From Psilocybe cubensis (lineage: Eukaryota): a stretch of 64,000 nucleotides of DNA. A program made the position numbers and the translations under genes. The notes below the pieces were generated by a model. The model was not told the DNA's origin and did no database searches. It worked only from the letters and a program-made list of their open reading frames with translations. This document shows positions 43,217 to 56,596 of the stretch, piece by piece (within the stretch, counting starts at the first letter, position 1; the number at the start of each line of letters is the position of its first letter). The stretch is taken from assembly GCA_017499595.2 (NCBI GenBank), contig CM039003.1, positions 620,001 to 684,000 on the forward strand, written 5' to 3'.

Positions 43217-43238
43217 CACATCTGGGCTCGGCCCGATG
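43217..43238. repeat. Dispersed hairpin-forming repeat, copy 3 (variant)
   Basis: CACATCTGGGCTCGGCCCGATG. Confidence 0.7.
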
Positions 43239-43962
43239 GGAACGCTCCTCAGGTGGCTATCATGATTGCTTGCGTCGACCATGGCCATGGCCATGTACAA
43301 AATTTTAATTGCGCATGCGAATTCCACTGCCAATGCAACCTCAATGGCACCTACTCATGTGCCGATCAGCTTCGATACACGTACGCGTACGGACATGGCC
43401 TCTACTAGATCTACTAGATGGATCCGGAGGTAATTAAGCAATTTTTGATTCCCTGAATAAAATCGGCAATAATTATATACATAAAAGCTCCACAAGGGTA
43501 CAAGCAGGTACATGTACAGATCTATTATATATATCCAACTCCGGTTTCCCTTATATTAGGTGATCATGATCCCTTTCATGAGGGATCACCAATTCAAATG
43601 CGCATGCGCATGCCCAGGCGTGACGAATTCGAAAGGCCGCGCTTCGACCTCATGATCATAATATATAATCACCAGCCGGAATATTAGTTCAAATGCAATC
43701 GCAAATGACAACAGTGAAAGACTAACGACCCTCCCCTAGGCATCTTTCTCTGATTACCACCATGTCAAACGGAAACCAAGAAGTAAATTATACACGGGAA
43801 GCTGGAGACGTTCATCTCTGCGATCTACCAAATGCAGACCGTCCATCCTTTGCACCGTTGCTCGGATTTGAGGCTGACCTCGAGATGGATGTAAGAGCCA
43901 TGATCTTATACTTCCTTTGAACTTTTGACATTCATATTGCGCCATATACCACAGATTTATAA

Positions 43963-46313
43963 GATGTCCATCATGGAGATGAAGCGCACCCGCACCCCTA
44001 GGAGCTCTAGGAACTCTACGTATGCTTATATATACTACCGTTTCGTTCTTACACGGGTTCACTGATGCTCGTTTTCAGTACTACACATGTCGCTCGAACC
44101 TCTTCGGAGCTGACTATGACAGTGGAACCGTATACATCTCCGGAACATGCTGGGGACGCCATTCTTTGGTACGTAGATCTAGGCATAGATTTTATTTGAG
44201 CCATGAACTAATTGTACTTCTAGATTCATCAATACATTGTCCGATCCAACAGAACGTCCAAACAGATTGCAACTCTTTGGACAATTCTATCCTGACATGG
44301 GTACCAAGCGTGCAAGCTTGATGCGGCTTTTTTATCTTTATTGCCCTCAAGCTACCGTTGGCGAAATTGTACAAGTCCTTGACAAACTCACGGGCGATAT
44401 CTCGGATTATCAAATGTTAACGACCGATGGGTTCTCCGTACTCAGACCCTTCGCTGACTACGCGGATGAGGACTCAATGGCAAACGCTTGTCACTATATC
44501 TTGACTGGGGAAACGAGGACGATAGGTTCGGGAGCTATGAACCTGTAAGTTCAAGGAATCATTTTTGTTTTACTATGTTAAGCTGACCTTTTGTAGACTA
44601 CATCATAGTAATCATGACGCCACAATTGCAAGATGCGCTGCTCAGCGTGCAGCTCGACTTCGAGTGCCAGAAGCTCCTGCACCTATTGCGCAAGCTTCTC
44701 TGGCGTCATCCCTTCCACTTGTGTCTTTACCAGTGTCTGTGTCTGATGCTCAGCCGTCGTCGTCACCACCCATCCCTCAGCATGCATTGTCTCCGCCACC
44801 ACCGGAGTCATTACGCATTCGTGCGGATCAAGCTCCTCATCAACCACCATTGGCGCGGCCAGAATTGGTGGAACGTGTATCTTTGTCGTCACCCCCGCCG
44901 CCGCCTCAGCTGGAGCCCATATCTTCAATTCAACCTCCGCATCAGCCGTCCTTAGCGCAGACGGTAACAGCAGCACCCCAGAATATTCCCCATGTATCTT
45001 CACCACCACCGCCTCAGCCAGTGCCCATGTCTGCAGTCCAACTGCCATCATCAGCACAAACAGTATTGACAGCACCTCAGCCCACCCCTCATATAGTGTC
45101 GCCGCCACCGCTGCCGGCGGCTCAGCCTGCGCCCATATCTGCAGTTCAACCATCAGAATCATTGGCGCAGACAGTTTCAGCGGTGCCCCAGTCCACCCCT
45201 CATGTATCATCGCCACCGCCTCAGCCAGTGCCCATATCTGCGAGTCAACCTCCGCATCAACCATCCTTAGTGCAGACGGTATCAGAGGCACATCAGCACA
45301 CCCCTCATATAGTGTCGCCACTTCCGCCGTCTCAACCAGTGACCATGTCTGCAGTTCAGCCATCAGAGTCATTGGCACAGACAGTATCAGTGGCGCCGCA
45401 GTCCACCCCTCATGAAACATTACCGCCTCAGCCGGTGCCCATATCTGTAGTCCAACCTCCGCATCAACCACCCTTAGTACAGACGGCATCACAGGCACTT
45501 CAGCCCACTCCTCATGTATTGTTGTCGTCGTCGCCACCGCCTCAGCCGGTACCCGTGCCTATGGTTCAACAGTTACATCAACCCTCTTTGGCGCCGACGG
45601 TATTGGCAACACCTCTGCCCATATCTCATGTATCGGCACCGCCGTTGTCGCATCAACCGTTGTCTATACCTATGGTTCAACCCCTACCGGTACCTCAGTC
45701 ACTCTCTGCTCCGCCAGCTGTCGCGACCGTTCCTCCACAACAGCCTCAGCATGTTCTTCCACCTCAACAACCTCAGAGTATGCCGCAAGCTCCTTTGCCA
45801 ATGTCTACTTCCACAATCAATTCTACCACTACTTCGGCAACCCAGCCAACCCAACACTCGTGGTCATCCTCCATCTCGACATCAACCTCCCACCAATTAC
45901 TATTGGATCAAGACAACGCTCTCTTTGGCGTTTCTATGGTCGAGCTGCACAGAAATTCTGGGACGTTTTCATATGAGGGCCAGATGCATACGTTCCGCTG
46001 GTTTCTTTCAACAGGACCTGCACGACTTGTGACTCCTATCTATTCGCAGCAAATGGACCCGCAACCTGCAGTTGGGGACATTTTCTTCCATAAGACCGCC
46101 CCAGAGCAGACTTTTTTCAACTGTCAAGTCTGGTACAAGAAATCCGAAACCCAATGGCAGGATATCACACGTAGATATGCAGTTTATAGGGACGTTGAAC
46201 CCATCACCCATCCTCTATGTCAGGCAAGAGTTCTTAGTGCCAAGAGGTCAGATGGTTCTCCTAACTGGATCTTGAGAGAGACGTGGTTGAACTACAGAAG
46301 GACGAGAGCATAA
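43963..46313 (+). CDS. Multi-exon Pro/Gln/Ser-rich repeat protein directly upstream of the transposase
   Basis: Exons near 43963, 44080, 44224-44544 and 44597-46313. About six imperfect 35-45-aa repeats (PPPQPVPISAVQPPHQPSLAQTVS...PHVSS). Globular C-terminus GDIFFH...QVW...HP...PNW. Confidence 0.65.
44895..45690 (+). repeat. Coding minisatellite, imperfect ~110-125-bp units
   Basis: Recurrent CCGCCTCAGCC(A/G)GTGCCCAT(A/G)TCTG...GCAGAC(A/G)GT...CCCCTCAT units. Confidence 0.8.
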
Positions 46314-46532
46314 TATAACAGGGCAGGGCATAGTTCTCGAGTACAATTAGATATTGAATGTGTATATCGATATCATGATGACGTGTAAGATTTCTTATGA
46401 TCAATGACGTTTTTTGATGTTTGGCGACCGTGATATGGTGATCTGTAAAAGACCCAACATTCATTGATCATCACTCTAGATCCATGTCTAGTTCACGCTT
46501 GACCCATACTCCTGCACTAGTATATTCCAGTA

Positions 46533-49500
46533 ATGGATCGCCCTGTTGCAAGCAATCCTCGCAGACAACCAAGAGGAAGAACAGTGTTGTGCAAGTGCAA
46601 GACATATTGTACCGTTTTAAATCCCGCAACGGGCCTCTATGAAGGTGAAGGAAATCGAATTTCCCGATCGCAGAGGGACCGGCATACCAGGAGCGACAGA
46701 AGCCATCCCGAATCAACATCCTCTGCGAATTTGCTTCCCATGCTTAATGACTCTTCACAACATCTGGACGTCAGCAGCTTGATTATGAGGTCTTCGCTGG
46801 AGCTCGAAAACCTGCTGTCTTCTCCAGTCATACGCATTGATCAATTATTGCGATTTAAACACGACCCTAGGACAAATGGTGCCTTTGTTTTCCCATCTGA
46901 CAACGACTTGATGCTGGTCAATCAAGGTCTTTACGCTTTGGCTGATGAACATGTCAACCGGGCATATCTTCACGCTGAACGCGAACTTGTTCGCCTTATT
47001 TCCTCCGCAATGGTGCTAGATAGTGACAATCTGGACGTCGCTGAACACCTTCACCGGCTTTGGGTCGAATTGAGAAACCTTACGCTCCTCAAAGAAGCAG
47101 AATGGACCAGCCAAAGAAGTGAAGGGACAGGACGCCCTGTCATAAATACAAGTAATGTGCATGTACCATATCGTTGATCAATTTGACCTTAATCTGTGTC
47201 TCCTCTGTAGATGCATATTTTCAGCCATTTCCAATTAGAGGAAAAGAAAAAAAGGCGGCAAGCATCCTAACTCTGGTGATGCAGAACATCTATTTTTCGC
47301 CACGTCGCGCATTACGAAGCTTACTGGGCGGAATCCAAAGTATATTAGAGTCTTCAAGAGTCTCTACATCTTCATCTTCAATACATGAATCAATGCCAAA
47401 AGATCCTCGCCCGTTGTCGGGACATTTCCGCTTGAACCCCATCACACGAACGTATGTGGCATGTCCTTCGTGCCACAGCCTTTACCCTTATCGCAAGGGA
47501 GACAGTCCGCTCAAAGATGTTGATCCTTTTATACTTGATTGTACCAACAAGCGCACCCCTACCAGCACTGCTTGCAGTACTCCTCTGTGGACACTGACAA
47601 CGCAGCCGAATGGGACCACCAAAGCATGGCCTAGAAGAAAATACATCCATCAAGATTTGAAATCCTGGGTTGGGCGCCTGCTATCACGAAAGGATATAGA
47701 AGAGCACCTCGATCGCCCTCTGCATGACGATTTTGCAGGCTCGTTCCCTGTCGATGATATTTGGCGTTCTTCGGTGTTTCGGAACCTCAAGGACTCACAA
47801 GGAAACCCTTTTATCCCTGGGCCGGAAAACGAAGGTCGGCTTATATTCAGTTTATCAGTGGACAGTTTCAACCCATTCCATAATAAAACAGCAAAGCAAA
47901 GCGTCTCATCTACGGGAATATGGTTAGTTGTACTTAATTTACCCCAACATCTCCGATACCTTCAAGAAAACATGTATTTGGCTGGCGTTATTCCCGGACC
48001 AAACAAACCTTCAAAGGAAGACTTATACCCATATCTGGACCTAGTGATAGACGAATTAGAGGTGTTTTACTACGAGGGTGTCAGGTTTTTACGGACGTAT
48101 CAGGAGTTTCTGGGTCGTATTTTCTGGGCGATCCTTGTTCCGTTGGTTTGCGATATGTTGGCTGCGCGTCAAGTTGCTGGCCTGGGAGGCTCAAGTTCGC
48201 ACTATTTCTGTTCGTTCTGCAGTATTGACGTCGACGATATTGATGTCCTGGATAGGAGGGAATGGCCCCCAAAGGATGACCAGCACATGCGAGCCATTGG
48301 CCAGTTATGGAAAGATGCTGAAAGCGAAGCCAGACGTCAGCAAATATTCCAAAGGTATGGACTACGATGGTCTCCACTTTACCGCCTCCCATACTGGAAT
48401 CCAGTTCTTTACACTGTTATTGATCCCATGCACGTACTCGACCTTAATCTTCTCCAGAACCACTGTCGGTCAATCTTTCAGATAGATGTTGAACAAGATG
48501 GGGGGGATGGGATAACTGATGCAGTATTAGCTCCAAGCACCCGGAGAGACGGCACCATCCAACAAAGAGATCGTCCTTCACATCGAAGGTGTTGCCAATT
48601 AATCAATCAGGGTGGAGAAGACTTGCTGGAAGAACTAATGTTGTTTTCAAGGCGTATTCTGTTCAAAATCTGCCTTGACAACCATATATTGGGACAAAAT
48701 CACACACTCGTAATCGGTACACGTTGGATCCTTGCAAATAATATAGTCGCCTGGGTAGGTGTTTTGTTATACCGCCTTTTCTTGGCCTTTGCAAAAAATC
48801 TGTTTACCAACATTATAATTACAGAGAGCCATGATACCTGACAATGAAGATGTGGAAGTGATTGAAGACCCATCGGTAAACAGCGATGAATCAGAAGTCG
48901 ATGAGCCTGAAAGCAACCCAGCAGGGCACGAGCTTGATCATGAGCAAGTTGATCGACATCCAGAGCTCCCTCCCAACGAGAATTTGAATATGACACTTGT
49001 CACACGAGTAATCCGACATATAGTGGATACCGACAATCCAGCTGTCTCTCATCGGAGAGCCTACGAGCAAGGTTCTGCTGCTATCTTTGCCTACGTGTGT
49101 AGCATTTTGGAGATAGAACATGATGTCGATGAAAGGAGGCGGAGTGCAAAGAACGCATTGTTTAATTTGATTATAGAAGAGGTCAGCATAAATATTCTGA
49201 AAAACAGTAATATATCCGGTACTGATAACATTGCCTTCAAGATCGATGATGATACCGAGAAATTTTTATATCTGGAAAATCTCACAAATGATTCTGGAGT
49301 ATTACGTCGTCGGCCAGTTTTGGGTAAGGACGTAATGGAATGTGTCTGGAAAGACATGAAATCTACCCAACTTCCTACATGGATTACTCCTGCGCCATCA
49401 AATTGGGGTACAACTCAGAGAGGAAAGTTGAGTGCCGACAACTGGAGGGTCATTTGTACAATTCATCTTCCTTTTACTCTTATAACGCTCTGGGGATCAG

Positions 49501-50727
49501 GCTCCAACCGCAAACAAGCAATGCTCAGGCACTTTATGGATCTAGTCAGTGCAATACGTATAGCAAACATGCGTGTCACCACAGCTAGTCAGATAGCGCG
49601 GTATGACACCTTCATGGATCGTTATATATCAAATCTCCGAGTACTTTACCCCGACCAGCAGTTGAAGCCCACCCACCATGCCGCTCTTCATATTGCTGAT
49701 ATGCTTAGGCTATTTGGACCAAACCATTCCCATAGTGGCCCTCACTATGAACGTTATATCAATTTCTTTCATAGAATCAATACAAATTCAAAAATAGGTA
49801 TGGTTCTCCTGAATATCCTTGCTGTACAGAACGTAACATTAAAGATATACTTCACGATAATCATCAGGTCAGCTCGAGTCCACACTATTTCATGTTGCGA
49901 CACGAAGCGCGAACCTTCGCGCATTGCTTTCGGATAACGACGATATTCGCGACAGTGTCCTCAGACTTGTACAGGTAATGGATTGCATAGATCTGGAGGA
50001 CGCTCGAGGTTTCCGCCTTGCTAGTGTATTGGATCCCAACTCCCCATCGTTTGCTCCTCGGTCCGAGACCTTGCGGCTCAGGCTTGAGAGTGGAGTTCAT
50101 CAACAAGTTTGCGATTTACTCGATCGAAGCATGGAAATTGATACTATGCCACAGCAAGCCGATTTCATGACAGAAGTTTCGCTGCGCGGAGTTTGCTATG
50201 GTACATCAACTGCACCATCTAGTGCCTCTATTCGAAACAGTAGGATTGTATACAAGCATCGAGTCTTGTCAGCGGATGACCTTGACGAAATACGACCAGC
50301 AATTATCGAAGACATTTTCCAATATCATTATACAAGAGAAGACGGGCATACCACATACGAAGTATTTCTGAGGTTGAAATCACTCGCACCTTTCGACATT
50401 CAAACAGATCCATACAGACGTTACGGCGAATTTGCGGGATTCCTTTGTTATCCTAATCGATACCAGATGCTGGTGATCCCTCTTTCGAGAGTTATTTCTC
50501 ATTGCGCCTCTACAAAAGTAATTGGAGGTGAATATGACGGCCTTCTTCATATGCTACCTGTTGATCGTGTAAGTTGTGACTTATATATATATTACGAGCG
50601 GGTGACTGATTATGATTATGTGGATTGACACGCGCAGTTAATGTTGGAGTTTTCAATTCCGTCAGGTAGTGAATTCCAGGATACAGAAGACTCGTTAGAT
50701 GTCGAAGAGGAAATCGAATATGTATAA
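46533..50727 (+). CDS. CACTA/En-Spm Tnp2-family (Transposase_21-like) DDE transposase, multi-exon, apparently intact
   Basis: Motifs CPSC, DDIWRS, LIFSLSVDSFNPF, LNLPQHLRYLQENMYLAGVIPGP, VCDMLAARQVAG, HYFCSFC, RWSPLYRLPYW...IDPMH, GKLSADNWR, HAALH...FGP, YERYI. Long open exons joined by GT-AG introns (approx. 47152-47210, 48755-48823, 49182-49241, 49798-49867, 50568-50637). Stop at 50725-50727. Confidence 0.9.
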
Positions 50728-51148
50728 GAACCAGAGTAGCCTTATATATCTATATATATTATTACACGAACATAGATCTCGCAAATCTGAATATCATGAT
50801 CATGATAACACCTTATGACCAGTCGCGGCTTATGTTTATAATATTCTGAACGTGTAAATCTATGGATTATTGGGTATATATACATACATATCAAGTCCTA
50901 GTACAATATTGTTAGTGGGCCTCTGACACTGACGGGCCAACCCATGCGCCCAGAATTAAAACTAGTGGCGAGTTGATCACATCGATGATCATGAGCTACG
51001 ACGATATATCGCTAGGTTTTGGCCTCTATCATCAAACAAAATAAAATACTAAGAAAAAGCTGTGTAAACGCCATGGTACATACTTACTATATTACGTAGT
51101 TGTCAGCTGAAAACATGAAACAATATAAATAAGCAACTTTACTAGTCT

Positions 51149-51315
51149 TTCAACATGTATTCAAGCATTAATCAGGATCAGAATTGCTTGTTTTGGATGC
51201 TGATTACATTTTAAAAAAAAACTAAGTAAATGTTGAATATTTTAAACCTTTAACGAGCCGTGATACATATTGAATAATTATTGAAAATATCGAAGTACAT
51301 TTCAACATTTACTCA
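51149..51315. repeat. Right subterminal repeats of the CACTA element
   Basis: TTCAACATGTATTCA (51149-51163), TAAGTAAATGTTGAA (51223-51237), TGATACATATTGAA (51261-51274), TTCAACATTTACTCA (51301-51315). Confidence 0.75.
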
Positions 51316-51320
51316 TGTGA

Positions 51321-51344
51321 TTATTGAAGCCAATGCCCGCAGTG
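51321..51344 (-). repeat. Right TIR of the giant CACTA element
   Basis: TTATTGAAGCCAATGCCCGCAGTG, followed by the TSD AGT (51345-51347). Confidence 0.95.
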
Positions 51345-51950
51345 AGTGGCAAATCCAATTCCTTCCCATCCCATACAACCCCACATCATCAAGTTTCCTC
51401 CTCCAAACTTCACAGTTTGCTTGATCCTCCTGGGGTCCTGTCTGTTTTCCTTGTCTATCCACACCTAATCTCTGCCATCTGAATCCAATCTGTTGATTTT
51501 GGTCTCATCTGACCACCAGACCCTTGCCCAGTCATCCACAGTCCACTCCAAGTGCCTTTCTGCAAACTCCAATCTAGCCCTCCTATGCTTTTTTGATAAC
51601 AAAGGCTTCTTTTGTTTTGCCACTGAGACTATGCCAGTTGATTTGAGTGCATTCCTAACTGTTTGAGGACTGATATTCTGGCCATTAATAGTAGCCAGAG
51701 ACTTGGCAGCTTGCACAGCATTCTTGATTTGTCCAGTTTGAATTCCACGCTTGGTATAGGTGATATTGACACCAGTCAGCTTCTTTGGGCGTTCTCCATG
51801 GGAAACCACTGCCTCAGGACAGTAGTCTTGGCAAATCTTGGTAATAGAACCAGCACTAGCTCCAGTCTGGGCCTTGATAGAGGCATAGGAGTGACCAGAA
51901 GTAAGAAGAGAGACAATAGTAGCAATGGTTGCTTTAGAGAGGGGTTTCAT
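51345..51950 (-). pseudogene. Tc1 transposase, N-terminal half (HTH region and first catalytic D)
   Basis: MKPLSKAT...KKPLLSKKHRRARLEFA...VWWSDETKIN..., an in-frame TAG at 51465-51467, then KFGGGNLMMWGCMGWEGIGFAT up to the insertion site. Confidence 0.93.
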
Positions 51951-52087
51951 GCTTGATTGGGGGGATAAAGAGGTTGGTTGTAGCTATTATATATTTATTC
52001 AACATGTAGTCACATGATTTTATTGATAGTTGTTTGGTATATCAACAAAGTCATGTGATAATACATAGTTTATAGCATTTAAATTAC

Positions 52088-52298
52088 TAGCAAAAAAACT
52101 ATTCGAATGACTTAGCAAATTGTGTATGCTGCTGTTTGGTCAATTCTTGGACAAATCACATGATCAGTGTGTCATCCTTTAGCTAACACCATATAGTATA
52201 TCTGTGAATAATCTCATATTTTTAACATTTTTAATTTCAAAGTTATAAATTAATCTTTTCATACGTGACCAACACTCAAACGGTTTTTTTGCCCACTG
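52088..52298 (-). repeat. Tc1 terminal inverted repeat (5' end of the transposase), ~211 bp
   Basis: Reverse complement of 6081-6291; ends CACTG followed by TA. Confidence 0.93.
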
Positions 52299-55200
52299 TA
52301 GCTTCTGCCCAAAATTTTCTGAGCCTTTATATACCTTTTCCTATGCTTACATAATCACAATAGCAATTTCTATATAGAAATAGGCTGACTAAACTCTAAA
52401 CCTCATTATCAATCTGTTTCTATTATTTTGGCTAATTTTGGTAGAGCAAGTAAGTGCCGGGTGGTGGTTTATAAGTGTTTCTATTGTGTTCACTAAGCAC
52501 CAAGTAGGAGATTACTAATATGTATCATTGTTATTAGTCAATAGAATGTTCAAGAATGTTGCCTTGACAACACATCAAATAGGCTGTGCTGATTATCTAT
52601 TTTTAGATTTAAGGCTATGCACTGTCTGATTGCTGCTCCCATAGCTGTGCTGGGTGCTGATTATGCTTGTGAATCTTCAATCTTATCTGATTTGAGTGCA
52701 GTTATCATGTGATCATACACAATCTTATCTTTACAGATAATGTATCTTTCCCAACAATGTTGACTTAAGGCATTCTATGAGTTTTGCCTATTTTATTATT
52801 ATTGATTGGTGCAAGGAATATTATATTTTCATTCAAAACATTTTGCATGCTTTACAATGTAATCAATGGACTTTAAGAGTAAGTGTGCTTGCTAGTAAGC
52901 CTAGCAAGAATACAGGAACACTGCCCTCGCCAACTAACTTGGAAAGGCACAGTAGTAGTATTATTAAGAGTTTCATTTTCATTTGTAATTGTGTCTTCAA
53001 CTTTCTCTTCTCAGTAGCTAGCGTAGTATAAATTAAGCCATACATTGTAGTCTAAAGACAAGTAATCTCATATTCAAGAATTGAGAGTATAGATTTATTC
53101 TAAACCCACACATTTGAACAGTATGATAAGTTGTTTTGCGGATAAGCTTGTTGTCTAAGTAAAGAAAAACACAAGTGTAGATTTAGTTACTATTTTAGCT
53201 TTCTTTTTAAGTTTATCTGAACTTGGATATAAAATACTCTGGTGCTTAAAAGTGCTTGTATTGCAAGTCATTTCTATATGTTCTGAGTTAGCACTCAGGA
53301 AGTGACTAGGGCAAGAAGCCACCGGTGTGGGTTTGCAAATTCTTCTCCAAGGAAAGAGCTTACACTCTGTTTCTGTTATAGCCAAGAGGATACCTGTGAC
53401 CAAAAGGATTGCAGTTTCAATTACTTGTTAGCCAAGAGAGCATCTGTAACCAAGAGAATTGCAGTTTGATTATTAGGACTTTGAGAATCTAGCCCCATAC
53501 CTATTAAGGGAGAATCTCATTTTTGAATGAGACTGTTTATACTAAGAAACTTGAAGAACAAGTATGCACACACAATTTTGACAAGTGCTCTTACTTGTAC
53601 TTGTGAATTAGAGGTGAAACAGCCTCTTTACATTTCAATAATGGGTTATAATAAGCCACATTTGGGCTGCTAGTGGGCTTGAGTGTGGATGGGACACATA
53701 GTTTGCGGAGAGGTACAGTAGTCAATGACTACATCAACAAAAGTGCTAAAAGAATGGCATGCAATGCGGGTCTTAGACGGTTATAGAAAAATCAAGTCAC
53801 AATAGAAGGCCATGGCATTGTAGCCGGAAAGCTTTTTGCCACACTCCAATGAGGTAGATAGTTTATTTTTTATTGTTATAACTGGATAAGGCAGTACAAT
53901 AATTAAACCACCTTCTAGAAAAATATTCATACTTGTGAACAGATTGGAATCCATATAAAAAAAATTGAAAATGTATTATATTAAGTCAGTAATTATTGAA
54001 ACGGCAAGGATCAAAATCCAATCTTAAGTAAACAATTGATTATATCATCTGTTCTATATTAATTTCTTGCCAATAGTATACAAGATCCTATAATTTTTTA
54101 CCCGGTATACATTTTTGCTTCAAGTATAACAAGAGCATGGAATTTTGTGGGGACTTTTTATATAGTATTAAAATGCAACTGAGATTAGTAAATTTTATGC
54201 AGGAAGGCACATTATATTTGACTGGTATTCAGCTGTGTGTTGCCATGAGTTGATAACTGGCTTCTACACCATGTTGAAACTGAATCGGAGATTGAATATG
54301 AATGCTGATCATTGCTTATGAAAACACATAAAAAGTCACAGGACTCAATGTAAATGGTGACCGGTAAATGGTGAACTTGGAATGAAATTGTGAACTACTT
54401 TTCTCTTTCCTACCTCCATCATTCCCTTTCCACCTACTTGTTTCCGCCCATCCCTCTGTAATATCAACGAAGATTAAGACCTTGCCCAACTGTACAAAAA
54501 TGAAGGAATTGATAAGGCATTAGAAGAACGTTGGACTTTGAAGCAAACCTTATAAGTTTCTCCAATCATTGTCTCCGGTACTGCTAAGTTTTCTACTTGT
54601 TTTTTTAGGGAAGTCCTTCACTTCTATGTACTTCTTCTTTGCTTACCCAACCTTTTTATATTCAAGGGCATATAAGCAGGTAAACATGCTATAATATGTA
54701 CATACTTTATCTTGGATTTTAAAGCGCATACATCCACATCTGTCACACAGTGTTATGCTTATGCTGCTGCTAGTGAACCTTATGCTAAACATTTGGTAGG
54801 TTTGAAACATATATTATTTCATGCCATTGACTAACTTGTTATACGTTATCATACCCCAATCCTGATTGGAGATGAGATGTTCATTTTGGATCTACACACG
54901 ACGCCCTCAACCCAAGCAGTCATTCTTTCCATAAGTCATCCACACATCTTATCTTATCAACACTTGTCACATGGGAGCCACGTTATTCCGGATCATGTCA
55001 CTTCGTTGGATCATCAAGGCTATGCGACGGATCAGTCAACCATCAAACTGCACAGCTTTCTACACTGCCTTGCACAGCCGGACTGTCAACTCTATTTTTA
55101 TCAATTCAATGGTCTTACTCAGCGTCAGGCTGCGGATTACTCATTCCAACTTATTTTTGGTTTGTCTTACTCATCCTTTTGTGTTTATTTATATCTTTTC

Positions 55201-56596
55201 TATTGTCTGTTGCGCTTTTATTATCTTTGTCTTACCAATCTTCTATGCTTTCTGACTCATCCTTGCTTCTTTTATCTAATCTGTATTACCATTCACCTTC
55301 GTCATACACTTCTTTCTTACTCATCCTATTCATTTCTTGGTCGATATTGACATGTCTTATTGTTCTTGCTTATTGTTACACTTGCGTAGCCTCATTCTTG
55401 ACACTTTGTACAGTATATGACTCGGTTTTCAGTAGCTCAGATTGGTATTTCGTTCACGTAGCTTTTAGTATAAAAGCTGTAGTAGAATTACACGAAATGA
55501 CAGGAAAGTTACACCCAGTCCCCACTTTCTTCAAAGCAAGTCAATTTTCATCCAAGTCAAGTCAATTTCAAGTCAATCCACATCGATTCATTTCAATTCC
55601 AAGCTCAAGTTCAAGCCAAGTCCAAACCCAAGTCCAATTCAGTCATCAGTTCCACCCTCCATCGAGACCAAGTTTACTTCCATTCATCCAAAGTCATCTC
55701 GCTTTCCATTAAGAGAGGATTTCATCCGAGACCAGTCATCCTCCTCATCCAACGCCTCTTTTTCTCAGCATTGAATATCCAACTTCTATCCAGACCTCCA
55801 GTACTTCCCTACTTCCTCTCCTCCATTCAATCCGTCACCGCTCCTATTCCTTCTACACCTTCCAACCATCGCCGTTAGGAGTGAATTCAAGACATCCTTT
55901 CCCTCCGTCAACTCATCTGGAGCAATTTTATTCGAGACAGACTTAGTCTTTCATCCTCGATTTAGTGAATACTCCTGCGACGTATAGCTTCATTCCAAGC
56001 TTCAGAAAGATTGTCAATTTAAAGACACTTTCACCATTCTCCAAGATTTAGCCCGTTAACGACATTCCAACCCCTAGTCATCTTCTCATCTCCCCTCGGA
56101 ACGTTCCCCACTCACTTCAGACAACCCCTCTAAGATTCACATTTATTGATTTCTCATACGCATTCTACGCATCTTCTTCACGCTTTCCATATACACCCGC
56201 CATCCAATTCCACGGTTCCATCCCATTTTCGGAAGGCTTATTTACTATCGTACCCAGACGACCCGGTTATCCTCTTCTTACTATTTCGCTTTTGTTACCC
56301 TTCACAATCCACACCATCCTAATCTACTTAAATCCTAGGCAGCGTCCTCCCTTAAGAAACTTAGGAGAAGGTTTTGTCCTATCCAGTCTGGACCACTCTT
56401 TCCCTGGGGTTTGTGTTTGTTGGATTACATATAGTTTATAACCAATCACAAACTTCGATCTTCATCTGGAGCCCACCGCGAGGGAGGGTTAATTAGGATT
56501 TTGTATTAGGAACACAGCAATCTACCACTTTATCACTTCCATTCCATCCATTTCGACTCTTTTTCTTTACAGGTTATTTTGCTTCGCTGGTCTATT

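Noticed and set aside
44683-45537. 284-aa minus-strand ORF
   Set aside because: Antisense shadow of the Pro/Gln coding minisatellite.
52300-54740. Degenerate sequence with a 2 x 50-bp repeat at ~53379-53475
   Set aside because: Probably TE debris; no assignable domain or termini.
54877-55712. Hydrophobic ORFs that could suggest an env-like gene
   Set aside because: They arise from T/C-rich presumed LTR or leader sequence upstream of gag, in several overlapping frames.
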